Counted from the first letter of the stretch, positions 1 to 10,461 are shown. The stretch is 64,000 bases of DNA from Spirochaetia bacterium (GCA_963668315.1 OY764216.1:512001-576000); one strand, 5' to 3'. Notes: a model not told the origin generated them from the sequence alone. A program made the numbers and translations.

Positions 1-566
1 ATCTGGACCTGATCAATCCCTATTTCCGCAGCCGCGAAAAAAAGGGCTATCTGGAAGAGAGAGACATCCATCTCATCGGCGGTTCCATCGAGGATTCCCA
101 GACCGGAGTGCCCGCGCTGAGCGCCGAGGTACAGGCCCGTCTGTCGCTGATCCGGGGGGTAATGCTTCTGGACACGGGAGGGGATCCGGAGGGAATTCGC
201 GTGCTGGGCCGATACGAAGAGGAGCTGACCCGTCTGAGGGAGGAGAAACGCCTGTGCCACTACTTCGTATTCAATCCTTTCAGGCCGGAAACTGCCACTC
301 CCGAGGCGGGGGAGGCCATGCTCCGGCAAATAGAACAGGGCTCCGGAGTTCCCGTTGACCGGTTGATCTGCAACAGCCATCTGCTGAAAGCGACCGGCCC
401 GGAGGAAGTTCTCTCCGGATGGCGGATGACCGAAGAGTTAGCCCGGAAGACAAACCTTCCCGCCGCCCTCTGCGCCCTACCGGACTGGGTGGATCCCCCC
501 GAGGAGATTCCCCGGGAGAAACGGCTCGTTCTGACCCTGCAGATGCGCAGCGGCTGGATGTCGTAA
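1..566 (+). CDS. 5'-truncated conserved ATP-binding (MinD/ParA/CobQ-like) protein
   Basis: Frame is open from position 3 (LDLINPYFRSRE...), in frame with ORF 108..566. The D-x-D-x-x-NPYFRSRE and D-x-GGD-x-x-G motifs are typical of an uncharacterised P-loop NTPase family; the Walker A lies outside the window. Confidence 0.6.
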   Translation, partial: LDLINPYFRSREKKGYLEERDIHLIGGSIEDSQTGVPALSAEVQARLSLIRGVMLLDTGGDPEGIRVLGRYEEELTRLREEKRLCHYFVFNPFRPETATPEAGEAMLRQIEQGSGVPVDRLICNSHLLKATGPEEVLSGWRMTEELARKTNLPAALCALPDWVDPPEEIPREKRLVLTLQMRSGWMS

Positions 567-698
567 CTGTTCTTTTAGAAAACAAATGCAGAAAATACTC
601 ACCATCTCTGAATCGTCCGGTTTAATTGTCAAATCGGAGGACAATTTGTTGTTATTATGAAGCTAACGAGGTATATTAATGACTAAACGGAGACACTG

Positions 699-2738
699 GT
701 GTTATTACGACGACTTATTCCCATAGCCCTTCTTTTATGGGGGGGATTTTTCTCTCTCTACTGTCAGCAGGGAATTTCTCTCTCCTTCACTCCCGGCCTG
801 GATATTCCCACCGGAGGCGGCGACAGGACAACCGGAACATATACCCTTTCGGGGGATACCAATATCTACTCCCTGGGAGGCGGCTTTTCCCTGAACGGAA
901 ATTGGGGACTGGCGGCCTACCCCTTTTTTCTCTCCGCCGGATTGGACGCCAGTTTCATCAATACCGTGAATGAGCGGATGATGTCCTTTTTCGGACTGAC
1001 CGCCGGCGGCGGCTACTCCTACTCGAATTATCTGCTGGACGCCCGGGGCTATCTGGGCGTGGGAGCCGCCATGGGAACCTACTTCACCGCGAATCCCATC
1101 TCCAATATGTACCTGAAAGGGGGCGGCTCGGTACTCTTCAGCGTGTCCAACACCTTCAGCGTGGGCCCCGCCCTGGAGTACCGCTATTTCCACAATAACT
1201 ATAACGGGATCTTTCTGGGGATTTCCGCCAAATTCGCCCCCGTTCCTCCCATCAGCGAAGATCAGGCCCGCTACATCGGCATTCAGCTGGCACCGGTGTA
1301 CCCCGCCCAGTACCGGAATTATGAGACCTATCCCTCGGGAATCCTCACCTTCGTCAACGGCGAGGATGATGCCATAGAAGACCTGGAAATCGAGTTTTTC
1401 CAGCCCGATTATATGGAAAAGGCCGCCATATGCGGCCGCTACGCCCGGGTGGCTCCGGGGAAAACCGTCTCCGTTCCCATTGCCATACCCTTTACCGAAG
1501 GCATACTCGCCAACGGGAGCGAGGTATCCCTTACCGGCGAGATAAGAGTCCGCTACCGGTACAGGGGACGAACCCGTACACTCAAAACGACCAAGCCCTT
1601 TATTCTGGCCGAATCTCACAGCATCATCGATGACGTTCCGGAGAAAAAAGCCATCTTCATCACACCCGAGGAACCGTCCCTTCACTCCTTCGCCCGCTCC
1701 GTGGCGGATCAGCTTTCGGAAGTGACTGTTACTCCCGTGGACAGGAATTTCCGAACGGCCATGGGACTCTATACGGCCCTGTCCGCCGAAGGGATAAACC
1801 TCAAACTGACCGGGGAAGAGCAGGTAGGAGTGGAAAAGACCTTCCAATACCCCGTGGAGACCCTTGCCCGGAAATCGGGAGAGGAAAAGGATCTGGTCAT
1901 CGCCTACGCCGCCCTTCTCGAGTCGGCAGGCATACCTTCGGCCGTTCTGAATCTTCCCGGTAAAACCATGGCGGCCCTGGGACTGGGACTGCCCCGTTCC
2001 GAAGCGGAAAAAATACTGGACAGGACGGATTATATCGATTACCAGGGCAGGATCTGGATTCCTCTGGATCTGGCGGCCCTTGACCTGGCGGGCTTCATCG
2101 ACGCCTGGATGTCCGGCTCAACCGCCTGGAACACCGCCGCGGAAGACGAGAAGAGCTTCGTTGTCACTGCCGATGCCTGGAATCGGTATAAGCCCGTACT
2201 GAGCTACCCCTATGATGCAGAACAGGGTCCCGCCCCCCTGACGGAAGCCCAGCCGATTCTGGAAGGCTACGAGTCGGAGATTATCTCCTTTATCGAGAAG
2301 AACATCTCCAAGGAAGAAAAAGTGCTGCTGGACCGCATCAACCGCACCGGCGACATCCGCACAAAGAACAGATTGGGAGTTCTGTACGCCCGCTACGGCC
2401 TCATGGACAAGGCCAAGGCCCAGTTCGAACCCCTCTCCTATGACTACGCCCCGGCCGCCGTCAACATGGGAAACATCTTCTACCTGGAAGGGGATTACGT
2501 CAAAGCCTATATAAACTACATCGCCGCGGCCGAAATGAACAAGCAGAACAAATACGCCCTTCTGGGCAAAGCACGTACCGCCCGGGAACTGGGCGAGCAG
2601 GAGACGGCTGAATCGGCCTACAGAGAGCTGAGCGCCGTCGATATCAATCTTGCCATTCCCTTCGCCTATATCGCGGACAGGAATCAGACGCAAGTCAATG
2701 AAACGCTGCGGGAAACCGTTTACTGGATAGAGGAGTGA
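699..2738 (+). CDS. Exported multidomain protein: N-terminal beta-barrel-like region, Ig-like region, transglutaminase-like domain lacking the catalytic Cys, C-terminal TPR repeats
   Basis: 679 aa; GTG start after GGAG; hydrophobic signal peptide; Gly/aromatic alternating strands in the first ~180 aa; QYPVETL..KSGEEKDL..AYAALLESAGI; TPR-like NRLGVLYARYG and NMGNIFYLEGDY. Confidence 0.7.
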   Translation: MLLRRLIPIALLLWGGFFSLYCQQGISLSFTPGLDIPTGGGDRTTGTYTLSGDTNIYSLGGGFSLNGNWGLAAYPFFLSAGLDASFINTVNERMMSFFGLTAGGGYSYSNYLLDARGYLGVGAAMGTYFTANPISNMYLKGGGSVLFSVSNTFSVGPALEYRYFHNNYNGIFLGISAKFAPVPPISEDQARYIGIQLAPVYPAQYRNYETYPSGILTFVNGEDDAIEDLEIEFFQPDYMEKAAICGRYARVAPGKTVSVPIAIPFTEGILANGSEVSLTGEIRVRYRYRGRTRTLKTTKPFILAESHSIIDDVPEKKAIFITPEEPSLHSFARSVADQLSEVTVTPVDRNFRTAMGLYTALSAEGINLKLTGEEQVGVEKTFQYPVETLARKSGEEKDLVIAYAALLESAGIPSAVLNLPGKTMAALGLGLPRSEAEKILDRTDYIDYQGRIWIPLDLAALDLAGFIDAWMSGSTAWNTAAEDEKSFVVTADAWNRYKPVLSYPYDAEQGPAPLTEAQPILEGYESEIISFIEKNISKEEKVLLDRINRTGDIRTKNRLGVLYARYGLMDKAKAQFEPLSYDYAPAAVNMGNIFYLEGDYVKAYINYIAAAEMNKQNKYALLGKARTARELGEQETAESAYRELSAVDINLAIPFAYIADRNQTQVNETLRETVYWIEE

Positions 2739-2742
2739 TCCG

Positions 2743-5700
2743 ATGAAGAAGTTTTTTTCATCCCTTATATTGAAGACACTCGCGATGACGATGATATTAT
2801 CCCTGGTGCTTTCCGGCTGTTCGGGAAGCCTTTTTCTTCCGATTGTGGAGGAGTATGATGAGGCGAATGCGCCGGAGAAGCCGGTGCTGCCGACGACGGT
2901 GACCCTATCCGTTGATGAATCGGTCTATTACATCGATCCGGAAACGGACAGAATTTACACGAACAGCGATGACCTGAACTTCACGATCACTGCCGCCTCT
3001 GAAGAATCTGGATGGTCCGAATACAAAATCTGGGAAGGGGATTCGGAAAGCAGTGATGATGATTATACGGCTTTCAGTCTGGATTCTTCTCTTTCTGCGT
3101 CAATCTCTTACATCCTGTCCGATACGGCAGAGGGTAAGCATACCGTAAGCGTAAGACTCAGAAATGCCGATGAAGATGTGTCTGATACGGCATCGGCCGT
3201 CATATGGATGGATACGACAGCACCATCCTATACCCTCAAAATTGACGATTCAGACGTCAACCAAAGTACCTCCAGCCTCACCCATGAATTATCATTTGAT
3301 GGCAATATCAGCGATTATAATAAAATGAAGATCTGGAAAAGCGACGAGGATGAACCGGGAGATTCTGCCTATGAGGATTTCTCCGATCCAGTGGATATTA
3401 CAATTGCCGGCAGCGAAGGAGCAACGTACCAATACTACTCCCGCGTTATGGATAAGGCGGGAAATGTTTCATCCCTAATTGTTTCACCAATTTTGACATA
3501 TACATTAAAAAGTCCTACTTTTACATTCACTATCGATTCAACCACGACATCGGCTGCGACGACACAGGACTCGACGATTAATATCTACACAACCATTACA
3601 AATCTCCCTTCTGCCAGCGAAACTGTTTATATCGCCATATGGGACGACACGGAAACGGAGCCGGGAGAGGGTTACACCATTAAATCGGGAGATAGTTTTA
3701 CCCATACCCTCCCTTCTGCCAATGGGGATTATACGGTTAACGTAAGGATCCGCCTGGGATTGGAGAATTACTCTTCGCCAATGTCAAAGGACATACGTTT
3801 TGATGATACACCCCCGGAGATAACAGCCTTTGAAATAAATGAAAGCACCACCCCGGCAGACACGAAAAATAATCTTCTGGATATTGCCCTGACAGCTTCT
3901 GACAACCTACCTGAGAATTCCGGCCTTAAAGCCAAGGTATGGTACGAAGGGCAGGCGGAGATTATGGATTACACCAGTCTTTCGAACCTTACGACGTTTA
4001 CCTTGCCCGATGCCGAGGACACATACACTATGTGGGCCCAGGTAATGGATGAATGCGGTAACGAATCGCTAACGCCCTTCAGCCGGGAAATCACCTATGA
4101 TACGACCGCTCCCTCCATCACGACCTTCACATGTAACGACGGCACATTAACCCGGAATCGTTCAATCAGCTTCCAGTTGGCCGGAGACAGCGATATTGCG
4201 GGATACAGGATTTGGGACTCCTCCGTAATAGAGCCGACAACCTATACGGACTGGACCAATGGAGACGGAGACATTTCCTATACCCTGCCCGATACGGTCG
4301 GGGACCATACCGTGTCAATCAGGGTAAAAGACGAGGCGGGCAATGCATCTGTAGCATCATGGACAATCACCTATGATTCGGATAAACCTTCCCTCTCTTT
4401 TCTTATCAATAGTGGGGATGCAGAGACAAATACAGCGGGAGTTACCTTGACGGTAACAACTTCCAGCGACGTGACGGGCATTAAAATATGGGAAGGCGAT
4501 ATCGATTCGGATGAGCCTTCCTCTTACACGGCTTACAGCACATCATCCATAGCACACACGCTTGTTAATTATGCGAATGGAAGCACGTCCACCATCTATA
4601 TGAGAGTTCAGGATGAGGCGGGCAATGAATCCGATGTGGCCACCGCCACCATCATTTATGATATTTCCATCAGCCCGCCAGGTCTGGTAGTAGACCAGGG
4701 AACCGTCACGGCCACCGATACTATCGATCTGACCCTGACGGCGGACAGCGATGTGCATGAAATGAAGCTCTGGCAGGGAACTCTTGCAGACATCCCAGGC
4801 TCCTATTCAGAATTCTCCGGAGCGATTACAGATTACCAGATAATAAACGCCATAAGCGGTAACGATTATAATCTATTCCTAAGAGTTCGAGACGATGCAG
4901 GCAACGAATCGACCATAACCCAGGTAACAGTGACTTACAACTCCAACACGCCGGAGGTGATTCTGACAATCAATGGCGGAGATTACGCATCCGATTCGCC
5001 GACGCTGAATCTGACAATAGCGTCCACGGCCCCTGAGGGGACAACCGTAGACGAGATGAAGATTTGGATATCTCCGGACGAAACCGAATCATCCGTCACA
5101 TGGATTCCCTATAGTACTGCCGCGGAAAGGACAGTAAGTACGGAAGGCACATATGAGGTTAATATCATAGTAAGGAACGATGCGGATACAGAATCGGGAA
5201 CGGTAACGAAAACCTATATCTACGATACGCAAGCTCCCGATATAACTTCGGCAACCCTTACGGTCAACAGTTCGACCGATACGGTCTATACTAACCAGAC
5301 CGGCGTATCTCTCGGGATCAGCGGAGTAGAAGATAACATAGACGTCCACGCTATGAAGATCTGGTCCGGCTCCTCAGAGCCCGCCGATACGGATTATATA
5401 CTTTACGCGGCGTCTACGACAGCCACACTAACCGACAGCGATGCGACCTATACGGTCAAGATCCGTTTTCGTGACGAAGCAGGCAATGTATCGGACATAC
5501 TTGAATCCTCATCGGTCATTTATGATAATACTCCGCCAGAGCTAAATCTTACTGCCAATGTGACTTCTCCCACCAATTCCGATACGGTAACCCTGACTTT
5601 CGGTGCAACAGATGCGTCTCCCATGGAAGTTCAATATCGGGCCGATAGCGATTCTTTCCCGGATTACATAGACTTTACCAACTCATGGACTGACAACCTC

Positions 5701-7800
5701 TCCGTCAGAGGCGAAGACGAGCATATATATACAGTTAATGTGCGGGATTACGCGGGCAATGTCAGTACCGATTCCATAACCATAGAATACGATAATTCGG
5801 CGCCCGTCTTCAGTTTCGACATTAACGATGATGACGATGAGACAAATCTGAATGGGGTCACGCTAAACATCTCCACAGTTGAAACGGATATATCAGGATA
5901 CAAAGCATGGGAAGGCGATATAGAAAGTGACGAACCGGCAAGTTATACGGATTATACAACGCCGTCTATCGCGTACTCCCTCGGTTCATACTCAAATGGT
6001 TCTGCATCCCAGGTATACCTGAAACTCCAGGATAACGCGGGTAATGAGACTGTGACCAGATCGGATACGATCATATTCGACAATGCCATAACGACTCCTA
6101 CGATCTCCATAAATCAGGGGTCGATAACGGCGCAGAGCCTTATTGATCTTACCCTGACCGCCGACAGCGACGTCAGTTTGATGAAGCTCTGGCACGGAGA
6201 TATTTCCGATGACGAACCGACCTCCTATTCCACATTTGAAGCATCCTATTCCGATTACGAACTGACCGACGCCGTCAGCGGAAGCGACTATACCCTTTAC
6301 CTCAAAGTTCAGGATGACGCGGGCAATATTTCCGGAACGGCTCAGGCGACCATAACCTATAATGCCGATTCGCCAGAAGTCAGCCTCTCCATAGCCGATA
6401 CACTCGGAGCTGATTCGGTCACACTGGATCTGACCATCTCGACAACAGCTCCCAGCGGCACGACTGTTGACGGGATGAAAATATGGTATACTCCCGGGGA
6501 ATCCGAACCATCTACCTGGGATACACCGATTTCCTCCGATTCTATAACTCTGTCAACGGAAGACGTCTATACGATAAACGTTAAGGTAAAAAATGATCTG
6601 GGAACCGAATCGGGAACGGTTTCCCAGGAGTACATTTATGATGTGACAGAGCCTGATGTAGCAGATGCAACCCTGAAGGTCAACGACAGCAGCAGCGAGC
6701 TATACATAAACAACAACGCGGTCATACTCAATTTTTCCGGTTTGGATGAAAATATCGGAGTATACCAGATGAAGATATGGTCAGGAACCGAAGAACCCGC
6801 AGTTTATGAATCATTCATGGCTACGACGAGCCGCACGCTGAGCAGCGGAGAGGGAAACTATATCATTAAAGCCCGTTTCCGCGATGAAGCCGGAAACGAA
6901 TCTGAAGTACTTTCCTCCGCGACGGTACACCTCGATACCACCGATCCATCGGTCGGAATTACCACCGATGTTGAATCACCAACAAATGCCGATTCGGTAA
7001 CCCTGACGTTCAATGCAACCGATGCGTCTCCCCTGCAGATAAAGTATTGGGCCGATGACGACACGGAACCAGATTTTTCCGACTATGTGCCCAGCTGGAC
7101 CGACGATCTGACAGCCCGGGGAGAAGGACAGCACACCTATCATGTAACACTTAGGGACAGCGCGGGAAATGAAAAAGCGGCCATATATAACCTGACCTAT
7201 GACATTACGAAACCCACGGTTACCCTTTCTTTAACCAGCGACGCTGTTACAAACAGTAGAACCATCACATTCACATTAACTTCATCAGACGCCGTAAGTT
7301 ATGCGGTCTGGTATGATTCAGACACCAGACCCGTGAATACGACAATCAACGAGACCTTTACAACTGGAGGCTCATACTCGCTTGAACTACCCGATTCTGA
7401 TGGATTACATTATATATATGCTTCAGTATGGGATGCCGCAGGGAATGAAAGTGATCCGGTTAGCATAGATGTAACATTGGACAGAGATGATCCTATTTTA
7501 TCAATATATAAGGTAGCAGACACATATAACGGATCATCAACAACCAGTACAGATGATGGAACCGTTTTTGTATCATTCTTAATGAATGATGTCAGTGAAA
7601 TGAAAATATGGTATCAGCTTAGTGGTGTTGACGTCGTTATACCGGATGATGATGATGAAGAATTTGGATACCAGCCATATACTTCAACGTATACCATAAC
7701 TTTCAAAACTCCAGGTAGCTATATTATCTATGCTATTGGTAAAGATGCCGCTGGCAATGAAATGGATGATTATATTGCATCAGCCACAATAACCTACTAA
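2743..7800 (+). CDS. Large acidic Ser/Thr-rich surface lipoprotein with ~17 tandem Ig-like domains (adhesin/S-layer-like)
   Basis: 1685 aa; lipobox LSGC; ~96-aa units recurring with (M/Y)KIW and D-x-AGN-x-S...(Y/F/L)D motifs. Confidence 0.85.
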   Translation: MKKFFSSLILKTLAMTMILSLVLSGCSGSLFLPIVEEYDEANAPEKPVLPTTVTLSVDESVYYIDPETDRIYTNSDDLNFTITAASEESGWSEYKIWEGDSESSDDDYTAFSLDSSLSASISYILSDTAEGKHTVSVRLRNADEDVSDTASAVIWMDTTAPSYTLKIDDSDVNQSTSSLTHELSFDGNISDYNKMKIWKSDEDEPGDSAYEDFSDPVDITIAGSEGATYQYYSRVMDKAGNVSSLIVSPILTYTLKSPTFTFTIDSTTTSAATTQDSTINIYTTITNLPSASETVYIAIWDDTETEPGEGYTIKSGDSFTHTLPSANGDYTVNVRIRLGLENYSSPMSKDIRFDDTPPEITAFEINESTTPADTKNNLLDIALTASDNLPENSGLKAKVWYEGQAEIMDYTSLSNLTTFTLPDAEDTYTMWAQVMDECGNESLTPFSREITYDTTAPSITTFTCNDGTLTRNRSISFQLAGDSDIAGYRIWDSSVIEPTTYTDWTNGDGDISYTLPDTVGDHTVSIRVKDEAGNASVASWTITYDSDKPSLSFLINSGDAETNTAGVTLTVTTSSDVTGIKIWEGDIDSDEPSSYTAYSTSSIAHTLVNYANGSTSTIYMRVQDEAGNESDVATATIIYDISISPPGLVVDQGTVTATDTIDLTLTADSDVHEMKLWQGTLADIPGSYSEFSGAITDYQIINAISGNDYNLFLRVRDDAGNESTITQVTVTYNSNTPEVILTINGGDYASDSPTLNLTIASTAPEGTTVDEMKIWISPDETESSVTWIPYSTAAERTVSTEGTYEVNIIVRNDADTESGTVTKTYIYDTQAPDITSATLTVNSSTDTVYTNQTGVSLGISGVEDNIDVHAMKIWSGSSEPADTDYILYAASTTATLTDSDATYTVKIRFRDEAGNVSDILESSSVIYDNTPPELNLTANVTSPTNSDTVTLTFGATDASPMEVQYRADSDSFPDYIDFTNSWTDNLSVRGEDEHIYTVNVRDYAGNVSTDSITIEYDNSAPVFSFDINDDDDETNLNGVTLNISTVETDISGYKAWEGDIESDEPASYTDYTTPSIAYSLGSYSNGSASQVYLKLQDNAGNETVTRSDTIIFDNAITTPTISINQGSITAQSLIDLTLTADSDVSLMKLWHGDISDDEPTSYSTFEASYSDYELTDAVSGSDYTLYLKVQDDAGNISGTAQATITYNADSPEVSLSIADTLGADSVTLDLTISTTAPSGTTVDGMKIWYTPGESEPSTWDTPISSDSITLSTEDVYTINVKVKNDLGTESGTVSQEYIYDVTEPDVADATLKVNDSSSELYINNNAVILNFSGLDENIGVYQMKIWSGTEEPAVYESFMATTSRTLSSGEGNYIIKARFRDEAGNESEVLSSATVHLDTTDPSVGITTDVESPTNADSVTLTFNATDASPLQIKYWADDDTEPDFSDYVPSWTDDLTARGEGQHTYHVTLRDSAGNEKAAIYNLTYDITKPTVTLSLTSDAVTNSRTITFTLTSSDAVSYAVWYDSDTRPVNTTINETFTTGGSYSLELPDSDGLHYIYASVWDAAGNESDPVSIDVTLDRDDPILSIYKVADTYNGSSTTSTDDGTVFVSFLMNDVSEMKIWYQLSGVDVVIPDDDDEEFGYQPYTSTYTITFKTPGSYIIYAIGKDAAGNEMDDYIASATITY
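4378..7203 (+). repeat. Diverged intragenic tandem duplication of five Ig-like domains (about 4378-5793 vs 5794-7203)
   Basis: Paired motifs in the same order: WEGDI(D/E)SDEP, IDLTLTADSDV..MKLW, TAP.GTTVD.MKIW...TESGTV, MKIWSG..EP...RFRDEAGN, SPTN.D.VTLTF.ATDASP. Confidence 0.85.
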
Positions 7801-9317
7801 CGTCCCCGAAACTCCCACACGTACCCCTGCCCGAACAATGTCGGGTGGGGCTGCAGGGTGACTTGGTAGTTGACTCCCGGCTCCATGGGGGAGGTTTCCA
7901 CCTCCAGGTAGTACTCCGTTTTTCCCTCTTCGGACAGGATCAGATCGCTGTCCACGGACAGGATATTCAGGGGGGGATAAAAGGAGATATAGCGGGAGAC
8001 ATAGGACAAATCCCCGAAGGGCAGGTTATTGGAGAACAGAAGCAGGCGGTTTTCTCCCAGTTCGATTTCCGGCTCATCCTGCTCGCCAAAGGAGAAGAAA
8101 AGGCCGTCATTCAAGTCGGCAAATCCCCGATCTTTGCCTACGGGGCCGATTCGGAGTGTCTGGATATCGCTGACGGGAAGCTCAAGTCTCTCGGTATAGT
8201 TTGCCCGCAGACCGGAAAAGGAGTACACCCTCCCCGTCCCGGTGGAACGGTCTGTTTCATTAAAAACCAAAGGCAGCTCGAGGTTCCGGATCTGCCGGTA
8301 GGTCTCGATGCTTACCCGGTCGGCCCGGTAGTCCACGGCCAGCAGAAAGAGGGGAATGGCATTGCCGGCCAGGTCAAATCCGCTGACAAGAAATCCCCGT
8401 TCCTCGCCGGTTATCCTCAGGGTGCCGTTGTCATGGGGGTACGCCCGGCGGAGTCCGCGCCCTTTTACCAGAGTCATGATCAGTTCATTGCCGAATTCCA
8501 GGTCGACCTGAATCAGGGATAACGACTCGCTGGAGTAGCTTCTTTCAGAACGGCCGCTGAACTCAAGCCGTCCCTCCTCCATCGCTCCGTAAAATCCGGA
8601 CAGGTTTTCTCCGGGTCTTCTGTCATAGGAAACCAGCCCTGAGATCCATTCCAGGCGGCCGGTGAGGTCCTCAAACCGGACAGTCCAGGGTAAGGTTTGT
8701 CCCTGCTGTCCTTCTACCAGGCTAAATCGGACAAGAGGCCTTTCCTCTCCTGAATTATAATCCACGGCGGTAAGGAAAGTCTCCTCCGTACGTTTATCCC
8801 GTGTCTCTTTCAGATAGGCTTTGGAAGGATCGGCGTACCAGGGTCCCCTGGTCTCTTCGATGTCGCTGTTTTCGATAAACTGCCCGTAGGCTTTAAGATC
8901 CTTCTCCCAATGGGAAATCCAGTCCATATAGGTGGGCGCCGAAAAGTACCCCAGCCTGATCCGGTTATGGTTTACCTGCAGAGTTCCCGACCGGGGGATT
9001 CCGGAAAACATCTCCCGGATTATCGGTTCCAGCGGTGTTCCGCTGCGCTCCTCGGAAAAATCCAGGATCAGGTAATTGGAGGAGACATCGGGATCGTAAT
9101 CAAACCGGGCGGACCAGCGGGCCCCGGGGATATGCCTTTTCAGAAAATCCACCGTGTCCACAGCCACAGTCCCCTTTGTGACGACGATCACCTCTTCTCC
9201 CTGAAATGTTTTAAGCCATTCCGTTCCGCTTTCCGCGGGGGCGGCAACCTGAATATCGGTGGAACAGGTGACATAAAGAAGAGAGAGCAGTAACAAAGGA
9301 ACAATTTTCTGAAGCAT
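7797..9317 (-). CDS. Hypothetical lipoprotein
   Basis: 506-aa ORF with signal peptide ending LYVTC; no family recognised; stop overlaps the stop of the convergent gene. Confidence 0.65.
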   Translation of the reverse strand: MLQKIVPLLLLSLLYVTCSTDIQVAAPAESGTEWLKTFQGEEVIVVTKGTVAVDTVDFLKRHIPGARWSARFDYDPDVSSNYLILDFSEERSGTPLEPIIREMFSGIPRSGTLQVNHNRIRLGYFSAPTYMDWISHWEKDLKAYGQFIENSDIEETRGPWYADPSKAYLKETRDKRTEETFLTAVDYNSGEERPLVRFSLVEGQQGQTLPWTVRFEDLTGRLEWISGLVSYDRRPGENLSGFYGAMEEGRLEFSGRSERSYSSESLSLIQVDLEFGNELIMTLVKGRGLRRAYPHDNGTLRITGEERGFLVSGFDLAGNAIPLFLLAVDYRADRVSIETYRQIRNLELPLVFNETDRSTGTGRVYSFSGLRANYTERLELPVSDIQTLRIGPVGKDRGFADLNDGLFFSFGEQDEPEIELGENRLLLFSNNLPFGDLSYVSRYISFYPPLNILSVDSDLILSEEGKTEYYLEVETSPMEPGVNYQVTLQPHPTLFGQGYVWEFRGR

Positions 9318-9360
9318 GCCCCTATTCTAAAATAAGATCCCTTAAATGGGAAACGCTTTT

Positions 9361-10461
9361 TTAGTGTCTTTTTTGTATAATTGACGGGAAGCGCTTTTTA
9401 CTTTCCGCCTTCTCCGGCATGGCCATGATTCGGGCGGCGATGGAAAGGGAATCGGACTGTTCCAGCACCAGCTTGACCATAACATCCAGCGGAACGGACA
9501 GCAGCATTCCCGGAATCCCCCAGATGTATCCCCAGAAAACCAGTCCGAAGATAACCGTAATGGAATTGAGCCTCATCTTGTCTCCCATGACCATGGGGTC
9601 GATAACGTTGCCGATGATAAACTGATTAAGCAGCAGAACGGCTGCCAGCGCGATGAACCTTCCGGCGCTGTCGAACTGAACGAAGGCCATGAGCAGGGGA
9701 AGCAGAGTGGAGAGGATGGAGCCGATGGAGGGAATGAAATTAAACAGAAAGGCGATGAATCCCCAGAAAAGGGCGTAACGCAGACCGAAAAGCAGACAGA
9801 TAACAAAGGCCAGGACCCCGGTGATCAGGCTTATCACGGTTTTGATGCCGATGTAGGAGGAGATGGAGTTCTGAAGGGTTTCCGTATGGGCCTGGAGCTT
9901 ATGATTATCGGCGACAACGTAGCGGACGAAGTTTTTGTATTCCGACAGGCCGCTCAGCAGGAAAAGAAAGTAGAGAAAGAAGAGAAGGAAATCCTTCCCG
10001 AAATCTCCCAGGCCCAGGGCCAGGCTTCTGGCGGCCCTCGACCATTGCAGTCCGCCTATCCACTCCCAGAACCAGCTTGTCAGACCATCGGCTCCCGCTT
10101 CCAGTTTCAGACCGAATGTTTCCACCGTCCAGCGGGAGAGAAGATCGATTTTGTGGGTGAACATGACCGACAGCTGATCCAGATCGGAAAGAATGCTGGT
10201 GAAGGTATTGATGAATATGTTGATGATAAGAATCAGCATGAAGCAGACGAGCAGAGCGACCACGGGCAGAATGAGAGCCTTAGGCAGATGAAAATCGCGC
10301 AGTTTCTGTACCAGGGGAATGCAGAGCAGGGCAAGGAGTCCCGCCAGGACAAGGGGCAGAAGCAATCCGGCCAGGGTCTTGAGAAGCACCATAAGAAGCA
10401 CTCCCAGAGCAATGATTAATATATTGCGGATGGAACGGATTAAACGTATTGATTCGGTCAT
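9361..10461 (-). CDS. AI-2E family transporter
   Basis: Polytopic membrane protein with FLFNFIPSIGS, GNVIDP.VMG and FWGYIWGIPGMLLSVP motifs; ATG 10461 follows GGAG. Confidence 0.9.
   Translation of the reverse strand: MTESIRLIRSIRNILIIALGVLLMVLLKTLAGLLLPLVLAGLLALLCIPLVQKLRDFHLPKALILPVVALLVCFMLILIINIFINTFTSILSDLDQLSVMFTHKIDLLSRWTVETFGLKLEAGADGLTSWFWEWIGGLQWSRAARSLALGLGDFGKDFLLFFLYFLFLLSGLSEYKNFVRYVVADNHKLQAHTETLQNSISSYIGIKTVISLITGVLAFVICLLFGLRYALFWGFIAFLFNFIPSIGSILSTLLPLLMAFVQFDSAGRFIALAAVLLLNQFIIGNVIDPMVMGDKMRLNSITVIFGLVFWGYIWGIPGMLLSVPLDVMVKLVLEQSDSLSIAARIMAMPEKAESKKRFPSIIQKRH

Noticed and set aside
2743..7800. Repeats as a CRISPR array or diversity-generating retroelement target
   Set aside because: The repeats are in-frame protein domains diverged at all bases; no identical short repeats with spacers, no adenine-specific TR/VR pair and no reverse transcriptase.
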